Assembly (NCBI GenBank): GCA_934101425.1
Contig: CAKOQQ010000008.1
Location: forward strand, 3,088 to 67,087
DNA: 64,000 bases
DNA from: an uncultured Bacilli bacterium
GTDB lineage: Bacteria > Bacillota_I > Bacilli_A > RF39 > UBA660
Direction: 5' to 3'
The translations under genes and the position numbers were made by a program. This document shows positions 40,617-47,348 of the stretch, one piece after another. How positions within the stretch are numbered: the first letter of the stretch is position 1; each line of letters begins with the position of its first letter. The notes beneath the pieces were generated by a model, which saw only the letters and a list, made by a program, of their open reading frames with translations, ran no database searches and was not told where the DNA came from.

Positions 40617-41831
40617 TTAACTAAATTTATATAATGGCAACTTTAATATAGTAGTTGTTCCTTCACCAACTTTAGAATCATATATGAGTTCTCCCATATG
40701 AGCACTCACTATTTCATTAGATAAAAGTATACCAATTCCATTACCTTTATTCTTAGAAGTATATCCTCCCTCTTTTATCTTATTGATATTATCTTTAGAC
40801 ATTCCTTTACCATTATCATAAAAATTAATATATGCATAATCTTTATCTACATCTATATTAACTTTAACAAATCCATTTTTTTTATTTACTGCTTCAATAG
40901 AATTTTTTACTATATTTATTATAACTTGTCCTAGTCTATTATAGTCACCATCTATATATACTTCATCTTCAAATAAATTATAACTTAAATCAACATTTTT
41001 AGATTTTGCATAATTTAATAGCACATCTAAGTTTTCTTCTAACAACAAATTTATATCAATTATATCTTTATTTATTTGAATTTTTCTTAAAGATAAGAAA
41101 TCTTGTAATAATATTAAAGTCTTATCTATTTCACCTTTTATATTATTAACATACTTAATAGTTTTTTCTTTATTATTTACATCAATCATGTCTAAATAAC
41201 CCTTACATACCGCTATAGGATTCTTTATTTCATGAGTTATTTTAAATATCATATCTCTTATTTGTTTTTCTTTTTCTATTTCTTTTAAATTCAATGAATA
41301 CTTAATAAGTTTATCACCTATTTTTACTAACATATTAATAAATACCGTAGTTATACAGAATAATATACACTCAAATAAAAATTCATATAATACTACATTT
41401 AATAATAAATAAGTAAATATAATTTTTATTATAAGAGATATTATAAATATAATATAATTTTTAATTTTATAATGTGAGCATACTAAATATATTACATAGT
41501 ACATAATATATTCTATGATGCCATACACTATATTAAAATCAAATTTTATGTAGTAAAAATAAAGAATAAACATAGACAATAATAAACCAATATTCTTCTT
41601 GTTTAAAGAATATGCGATTACGATTGGTATGTTTATCATTAAGTAATAATCATCTTTTATTGTATTTGAATATATAAAAAATAAATATATAGATAAAAAT
41701 AAAGACATATCTATTAAAATATTTTTTATTTTTTCATCATGTTTTACAGTATATGAATTATAAAATAAATAAAATATAAATGGATAAGAAATTAAAATTA
41801 TTTGTAATAATATATTACTAAAAATATTCAT
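40617..41831 (-). CDS. orphan sensor histidine kinase with polytopic N-terminal membrane domain
   Basis: H-box ITHEIKNPIAV, N-box NIVKNSIEA, G-boxes YDNGKGM and GNGIGILL. No response regulator adjacent. Terminator AAAACACA-TT-TGTGTTTT overlaps the stop. Confidence 0.85.
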   Translation of the reverse strand: MNIFSNILLQIILISYPFIFYLFYNSYTVKHDEKIKNILIDMSLFLSIYLFFIYSNTIKDDYYLMINIPIVIAYSLNKKNIGLLLSMFILYFYYIKFDFNIVYGIIEYIMYYVIYLVCSHYKIKNYIIFIISLIIKIIFTYLLLNVVLYEFLFECILFCITTVFINMLVKIGDKLIKYSLNLKEIEKEKQIRDMIFKITHEIKNPIAVCKGYLDMIDVNNKEKTIKYVNNIKGEIDKTLILLQDFLSLRKIQINKDIIDINLLLEENLDVLLNYAKSKNVDLSYNLFEDEVYIDGDYNRLGQVIINIVKNSIEAVNKKNGFVKVNIDVDKDYAYINFYDNGKGMSKDNINKIKEGGYTSKNKGNGIGILLSNEIVSAHMGELIYDSKVGEGTTTILKLPLYKFS

Positions 41832-41915
41832 ATGTCACCTCTAGAAAAATTATACTATATACTAAAGGTCAAATTTTGTCGAAAAATGCCACAAACTGTA
41901 AATTTGTGACATTTT

Positions 41916-42233
41916 TTATTTTAAATCATCAATTTGCTTCTTCAATTTTTTAGCATCATTACCAAGAATAATCTTTAATTGGTTATCAATTTCTACCATA
42001 CCTTGAGCTCCCATTTTTTGAATAGCTTCTTTATTTACTAAAGATATATCATGTAATGTTACCATAAATCTTGATTTGTTAACTTCATAACTAATAATAT
42101 TTTGTTTTCCACCTAAGTTATCTATTAACTTATTAGCTTCTATTTTAAAATCTTTTCTTTTAGATTTAATAATTGCAAATGCTATTATAACTGCTATTGC
42201 AATTATTATTATATATTGCCATAAATTTTCCAT
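41916..42233 (-). CDS. membrane-anchored PTS EIIB-like domain protein lacking the phospho-cysteine
   Basis: One N-terminal TM, then LIDNLGGKQNIISYEVNKSRFMVTL...GAQGMVEIDNQLKIILG. This matches the glucose-type EIIB pattern with Asn at the Cys position. Confidence 0.6.
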   Translation of the reverse strand: MENLWQYIIIIAIAVIIAFAIIKSKRKDFKIEANKLIDNLGGKQNIISYEVNKSRFMVTLHDISLVNKEAIQKMGAQGMVEIDNQLKIILGNDAKKLKKQIDDLK

Positions 42234-42280
42234 TTCATCACCAATTTAATTTTATCACAAAAAAAGAAGTATTTCTACTT

Positions 42281-43450
42281 CTAATTTAATTTTGTTCCAC
42301 AATTTGCACAAAAGTTTCCACCATTACTTAAAGTTCCGCAATTTGTACAATATTTAGGTTTTGGTGAAGATGTGCTAGTTTCTTCCTTTACTTCTTCTTT
42401 TTCTTCAGTTTGTGCACTTTCATTTGAAGTAGAAGCTGTACTAGATAAATCCATTCTAGAATTTTCAGTATTAGCGAATGCATTATTAGTAGTATTACCC
42501 ATCATTCCACCACTAGCCATGTTAACCATACCAACACCTATCATACCAGTAGCTGCTCCATTAGCATTATTTGCAGCAAGTTTAACGGCATCTGCATATC
42601 CAGATACAAGACGACCTTGTTGCATATAAGCATTACTACTTAATTCATAATCATCAATCTTCTTATTTGATTCATCATCTAATGTAACTGATTCAATTAT
42701 AAATCCAGTAATAGCCATACCACGATCTCTTATTTTTTGATCAAATACTTTTTCATCCATTACTTTCTTTATTTCATCAGTTTGACTAGGTAATTCAAGT
42801 ACTGGTGCTTTATGTTCACTATTACCTAATTCATTTAAGACATTTTGGAAAGATGATTGTACTTCACTTCTCATTTGTTCACAAATCATATCTTTTTTAT
42901 ATACATCACTAGTACCAGCTATTTCTCTCATGAATACTGCTGGATCTGCAATTTTAAATGTATATTTACCAAAACATTTAACTTGTACTCTAAGTGGTGT
43001 TAAAGTATTTGTCATTTGATTTGGAATTGGATGACTCCAATCTTGATAAGGAACTGGTGCAGGTGTACCAAATTTATTATCAATTATTTCTTTTGAGTTA
43101 ATGAAGAATACGGCTTGTTCTTTACTAACTGCTCCGTTATATACAAAACGTGCCCACATTTCTTTAAATACTGCACCAAATTGTCCAGCAAAGAAAGATG
43201 GCGATGAAGATTCATCAAATGTATATATTCCTTCTTCTGCAGTGGCATCTAAGATTCTACCACTATCAAATATAACGGCTACTTGTCCTGGTTTTACTTC
43301 TATTGCACTATTTTTAGAAATAACACCATTTTCTGTAGTCTTTTTAACCATTAGTGTATCATTACCTAAGTCTTCACAATTTATGAAATCTTTCCATTGA
43401 TCATGGAAAGTGCTAGAAATTGCACTAGCAGCTGCTTTTATAAGTCCCAT
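42281..43450 (-). CDS. SPFH-domain protein with C-terminal zinc ribbon (COG4260 / YdjI-like)
   Basis: 389 aa. N-terminal SPFH/virion-core-like region, low-complexity linker, CTNCG...CANCG zinc ribbon. Confidence 0.7.
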   Translation of the reverse strand: MGLIKAAASAISSTFHDQWKDFINCEDLGNDTLMVKKTTENGVISKNSAIEVKPGQVAVIFDSGRILDATAEEGIYTFDESSSPSFFAGQFGAVFKEMWARFVYNGAVSKEQAVFFINSKEIIDNKFGTPAPVPYQDWSHPIPNQMTNTLTPLRVQVKCFGKYTFKIADPAVFMREIAGTSDVYKKDMICEQMRSEVQSSFQNVLNELGNSEHKAPVLELPSQTDEIKKVMDEKVFDQKIRDRGMAITGFIIESVTLDDESNKKIDDYELSSNAYMQQGRLVSGYADAVKLAANNANGAATGMIGVGMVNMASGGMMGNTTNNAFANTENSRMDLSSTASTSNESAQTEEKEEVKEETSTSSPKPKYCTNCGTLSNGGNFCANCGTKLN

Positions 43451-43468
43451 AATTTCCTCTTTTCTATT

Positions 43469-43996
43469 TTACATCTCTATAGATGTTAAAACCCAATCAT
43501 AATTTTCTATATTGAATATACTGCCACAATACTCACATTTACCACTTGTGTTAACTGATATGTTAGCTCCACAACCTGGGCATTTTCTTGCAGATGAGTT
43601 ATATCCGCTATTTATAGTTTTTTCTAATGTTAAATAATTTATATTTTCTACTCTTCTAGTATTATCACCAGATACAACATTAAATTTTTCATCTACTTTA
43701 TAGTCCATATATCTAGATATTAATTTAACATTTATACATATTTTATTATCTTTAATTTCTATATTAGTAATATTTGTATCTTTTACATTTAATTCATCAT
43801 ACATTTGTCTTAAGTGTTTTTCTTTTAATTCTTTTAAAATAAGCTCATACTTCTTTTCTAAGTTATCACTTATAAAGTGTCTTACTCTATCTAAATCATC
43901 CATCATTATTGATGTATATAGCATTATAAATATGTTATTTACTTTTGTTATAAACATTGCTTCATTAAAATCTTTATCTATACTTCTAATATCCAT
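43469..43996 (-). CDS. Tim44-like domain protein with C-terminal zinc ribbon
   Basis: 175 aa. Tim44-like layout ending in WVLTSIE. CPGCG...CEYCG. Start overlaps the upstream stop by 1 nt. Confidence 0.6.
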   Translation of the reverse strand: MDIRSIDKDFNEAMFITKVNNIFIMLYTSIMMDDLDRVRHFISDNLEKKYELILKELKEKHLRQMYDELNVKDTNITNIEIKDNKICINVKLISRYMDYKVDEKFNVVSGDNTRRVENINYLTLEKTINSGYNSSARKCPGCGANISVNTSGKCEYCGSIFNIENYDWVLTSIEM

Positions 43997-44865
43997 TATA
44001 CATTCCTTTGATTAACACATGTTTTTTTGCTCATAACATATTCTTTTGCATCTACTACTACTACACTTCCACAGTATTCACATTTAGCCCCTGTTACTAC
44101 ATCTACCTTAGCTCCACAGTTTGGACAAATAGTTTCTTCGCTAGTATTTTCTTTTTTAACAAATGTAATTTCATATTCGATACTTATTTTTTTTGAACTA
44201 GAACCACGTACTACTTTATCATTTTCATCTACTACATAATCATACATTTCAACATTTAAGTATATAGAAACATTTAACATACCATTTACATTTTCAGCTT
44301 TATATACTTTTACACCTTTTAATTCAAAGTCTTTCATTATATTTTTTTGTTTCTTCATTCTTAAAACATCTAATTGCATTTTATATGAATTATATATTTC
44401 ATCAGTAGTTAATTTTCTTAAAGTATCATAATCAAAATTCATCCATGCAATTTGAATATCTTTATATTTTTCAAATACTAATGCTTTAAATTCTTCTAAA
44501 GACATACCAAGAATTTTATCATCTTCTATTTCTTTATATAATGCTTCTCTACTACTTCTTGTAGATGCTTTATATCCCGTATTATCTTTTGTAAAATATA
44601 TAAATAATACTACACATATTATTACAAGTAAAAATGTAAAACTAGAGCCACTATATGATCCAGATGAACTTCTGCTACTACCAGACCAAGAAGATCCTCC
44701 ACTATCCCATGAAGACGAGCCCCCTCCGCTAGACCAAGAGCCTCCTCCTCCATCATAAGAACTATCCCATCCACTATCTGCTTTTACATTTGGTATTACA
44801 AATGTAATTGCAACTAGTGAAAAAATAGATATAATTGTAATAAATATTTTCTTCTTATTATTCAC
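43996..44865 (-). CDS. membrane protein: signal/TM, Gly-Ser-Trp-rich region, TM, Tim44-like domain, zinc ribbon
   Basis: 289 aa. DSGWDSSYDGGGGSWSSGGGSSSWDSGGSSWSGSS low-complexity tract. CPNCG...CEYCG. Confidence 0.6.
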   Translation of the reverse strand: MNNKKKIFITIISIFSLVAITFVIPNVKADSGWDSSYDGGGGSWSSGGGSSSWDSGGSSWSGSSRSSSGSYSGSSFTFLLVIICVVLFIYFTKDNTGYKASTRSSREALYKEIEDDKILGMSLEEFKALVFEKYKDIQIAWMNFDYDTLRKLTTDEIYNSYKMQLDVLRMKKQKNIMKDFELKGVKVYKAENVNGMLNVSIYLNVEMYDYVVDENDKVVRGSSSKKISIEYEITFVKKENTSEETICPNCGAKVDVVTGAKCEYCGSVVVVDAKEYVMSKKTCVNQRNV

Positions 44866-44896
44866 GCTACCACCTATTATAATAATAACACAAACT

Positions 44897-44942
44897 ATTA
44901 CATTTTTCTACAAAAAAAATGCTATAAGCATTTTAATTTGTA
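44897..44942. repeat. 46-bp direct repeat, copy 1 (contains a terminator hairpin)
   Basis: ATTACATTTTTCTACAAAAAAAATGCTATAAGCATTTTAATTTGTA, identical to 48648-48693. Minus strand AAAATGCT-TAT-AGCATTTT plus a T-run. Confidence 0.9.
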
Positions 44943-44981
44943 TAGTATACAATTATGTAAAAAGACTTTAGCATTTTCTTT

Positions 44982-46046
44982 CTATTGTGAAATATTAGAT
45001 TTTAAGACAGTTACAACTGGGCGCACACCGAAGCCTCCTATATGAGACACGCTGAAGTAGTACAATCTGCCACCTTGACTCACGAACCAAGCGCTGGAAG
45101 AAAAGCCGGAATGTGCAGTATTTGTCCAGTATCCATAAGTACTAGAATCTGCTACATTACATCCGAATCTTGTACAATCCTTTATATTATCAAATAGCCA
45201 TGCATATCTATTTGTTCCAGCATCTCCAGTGTATTGTGTTCCTAATGTGTTATTATGGAAGTAATACGCTTGATTATCCCAATTTGGATATCCTGTTATT
45301 GTTGCTATTTCTCTTGCTTCTATTAGTCTAGCATTTATACTTTTGTTCCAACTAGATGTATCACTTTTTAGTTGTTTTAATAATGTAATTGGTCCTTTAC
45401 TGTTATTTCCATGAAGATCATATTCTGCTTCTGTTCCACCTGATTCAATATAATCTTCTTCCGATATCCATGCAACTAATGCCGTTGTATTATGGTCTAG
45501 TAGTAGGTTTACTGTATCATTTCCTTCGTCATTAAAGATATACCATCTCATACATCCTGTTTTAGTCCCTGTAGTGCTTACTGCTTCACTACCACTACAT
45601 TTCTTATTTGTTTCTGGATTATAGTATACTACTGTTCCATTTGCGTATGTAGTTACTTGTGGAATGTCTATAGTGCATTCACTTTCATTTGTTTTAGTGC
45701 TTGTTATGGTTCCATTAGATGATACTTCAATGCAGTATCCTGATATATACATTTTACCACTTACATTACCGTTAGTATCATAACTAAGTAACCCTTTTTT
45801 TGCTTGTTCTCCATCATATTTTAATGTGTTAGTGCTTAAATCAATATTAGAATTTGTTTTATTATCCATTATATTTTTCATGTAATGTGTTTTTGCAGCA
45901 CCTACAATACTTCTTGCACTTGCTTCTGCTGCACTTTTTTTAGAATCTTCTATAATATTTAATACTGCTGGTGTTGCTATTACTGCAATAACTGCTAGTA
46001 TTACTATTACAGCGAGTAACTCTATTAGTGTAAATCCTTTTTTCAT
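44982..46046 (-). CDS. bimodular type IV pilin-like protein (paralog A)
   Basis: Start moved to MKKGFTLIELL (ATG 46046, GGAGG upstream). Pilin module plus a Cys-containing C-terminal module ending GVRPVVTV. Confidence 0.85.
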   Translation of the reverse strand: MKKGFTLIELLAVIVILAVIAVIATPAVLNIIEDSKKSAAEASARSIVGAAKTHYMKNIMDNKTNSNIDLSTNTLKYDGEQAKKGLLSYDTNGNVSGKMYISGYCIEVSSNGTITSTKTNESECTIDIPQVTTYANGTVVYYNPETNKKCSGSEAVSTTGTKTGCMRWYIFNDEGNDTVNLLLDHNTTALVAWISEEDYIESGGTEAEYDLHGNNSKGPITLLKQLKSDTSSWNKSINARLIEAREIATITGYPNWDNQAYYFHNNTLGTQYTGDAGTNRYAWLFDNIKDCTRFGCNVADSSTYGYWTNTAHSGFSSSAWFVSQGGRLYYFSVSHIGGFGVRPVVTVLKSNISQ

Positions 46047-46070
46047 ATATTCCTCCTCATATAAGGTATT

Positions 46071-46115
46071 AAAAAAAATCACAAAACTCTAGGAAATTCC
46101 TAGTTCTTGTGATTT
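46071..46115 (-). promoter_or_regulatory. intrinsic-terminator-like hairpin in the leader of pilin A
   Basis: Minus strand AAATCACAAGAACTAGG-AATTT-CCTAGAGTTTTGTGATTT followed by a T-run (T8 in total), about 25 nt upstream of the pilin ATG. Confidence 0.6.
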
Positions 46116-46195
46116 ATATACATGACTAATAGGTGGTTATTAAATATTAACCCCCCCCCACAAATATAAGAAGTATTATAATTTGTATTAGCCAT
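46100..46195 (-). CDS. candidate leader peptide (31 aa) containing the G9 tract
   Basis: AAGGAAGTGA RBS-like, then ATG. Peptide MANTNYNTSYICGGGLIFNNHLLVMYINHKN. Stop TAG (46102-46100) is inside the hairpin 5' arm. Confidence 0.35.
   Translation of the reverse strand: MANTNYNTSYICGGGLIFNNHLLVMYINHKN
46151..46159. repeat. C9/G9 homopolymer tract
   Basis: Nine consecutive C on the plus strand in a very AT-rich context. Encodes GGG GGG GGG of the leader ORF. Confidence 0.9.
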
Positions 46196-46218
46196 ATATT
46201 CACTTCCTTACTATATTT

Positions 46219-46247
46219 ATTATATCTTCTGATTTCGGTAATGTCAA
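46219..46247 (-). promoter_or_regulatory. consensus sigma-A promoter of pilin A leader
   Basis: TTGACA-17 nt-TATAAT. Confidence 0.7.
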
Positions 46248-46276
46248 TATTTTATAATTTTATTTATGGACATCTA

Positions 46277-47284
46277 TCAAGACATCAATAAAGCTTTATC
46301 TACAGTAATAACTGGGCGAATACCGTAATTGTCTGTATCCAAGTAGTATCTGAAAAAGAAGCCATAGTTGTTCACGATTCCATTGAGGTAAAAATTTCCG
46401 GAATATACATTGCCTGTCCAGTATCCCTCGTTACTAGAATCTGCTACATTACATCCAAATCTTGTACAATCTTTCGTGTTATCAAATAGCCATGCATATT
46501 TATTAGTTCCTGCTGCTCCTTCATAAGGCGTATTTGAATTTGTATGGAAATAATATGCATCGCTTCCTGCTGTATTTCCTGTTATTCTGACGATTTCGCT
46601 TTCTTCTATTAGTCTTGGGTTTATACTTTTATTCCAAGAGCTTGTATCACTTTCTAGTTGTGCTTTTACTTCAACTGAGTCATTAGTATTTGTACCACTT
46701 GATGCCAATGCAACAAATGCTGTCGTATTATGATCTAGTAGTAGATTAACTATATCATTTCCTTTATCATTAAATGCATACCACCTCATACATCCTGTTT
46801 TAGTTCCAGTAGTGCTTACTGCTTCAGCACTTGTACATTTACTGTTTGTTTCTGGATTATAGTATACTACTGTTCCATTTGCGTATGTTGTTACTTGTAG
46901 AACGTCTATATCACATTCACTTTCATTTGTTTTAGTGCTTGTAATAGTTCCATCAGATGATACTTCTACACAATAACCACTTATATACATTTTTCCATAT
47001 GCAGTACCATTAGTATCATAACTAAGTAATCCTTTTTTAGCTTGTTCTCCATCATATTTTAATGTGTTAGTGCTTAAATCAACATTAGAATTTGGTTTAT
47101 TATCCATTAGATTTTCCATGTAATGGCTTTCTGCAGTTCTTACTATATTTCTTGCACTTGCTTCTGCTGCACTTTTTTTAGAGTCTTCAATAACATTTAA
47201 TACTGCAGGGGTTGCTATTAGCGCTATTACTGCTAGTATTACTATTACTGCTAAGAGCTCTATTAATGTAAATCCTTTTTTCAT
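46277..47284 (-). CDS. bimodular type IV pilin-like protein (paralog B)
   Basis: MKKGFTLIELLAVIVILAVIALIA. Same module order; shorter middle region. AAGGAGG RBS. Confidence 0.85.
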   Translation of the reverse strand: MKKGFTLIELLAVIVILAVIALIATPAVLNVIEDSKKSAAEASARNIVRTAESHYMENLMDNKPNSNVDLSTNTLKYDGEQAKKGLLSYDTNGTAYGKMYISGYCVEVSSDGTITSTKTNESECDIDVLQVTTYANGTVVYYNPETNSKCTSAEAVSTTGTKTGCMRWYAFNDKGNDIVNLLLDHNTTAFVALASSGTNTNDSVEVKAQLESDTSSWNKSINPRLIEESEIVRITGNTAGSDAYYFHTNSNTPYEGAAGTNKYAWLFDNTKDCTRFGCNVADSSNEGYWTGNVYSGNFYLNGIVNNYGFFFRYYLDTDNYGIRPVITVDKALLMS

Positions 47285-47304
47285 TTTTCCTCCTTACTAT
47301 ATTT

Positions 47305-47333
47305 AGTATATCTTCCGATTTCGGTAATGCCAA
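47305..47333 (-). promoter_or_regulatory. promoter of pilin B (same promoter family, no leader module)
   Basis: TTGGCA-17 nt-TATACT, then AAATATAGTAAGGAGGAAAAATG. Spacer is near-identical to the A/C promoters. Confidence 0.6.
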
Positions 47334-47348
47334 TATTTTATAATTTTA

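Noticed and set aside
44640-44790. Short DNA repeats (CCAAGAAGATCCTCC / CCATGAAGACGAGCC / CCAAGAGCCTCCTCC), looked at as a possible tandem-repeat or CRISPR-like array.
   Set aside because: They are the coding sequence of the Gly-Ser-Trp-rich low-complexity tract of the 43996-44865 protein. There is no spacer/repeat periodicity and there are no cas genes.
46047-46082. N-terminal extension of pilin A in the ORF track (MIFFNTLYEEEY before MKKGFTL).
   Set aside because: The extension covers the GGAGG RBS and the leader T-run. All four paralogs start at MKK(K)GFTLIELL, and a prepilin leader must be short and end in Gly.
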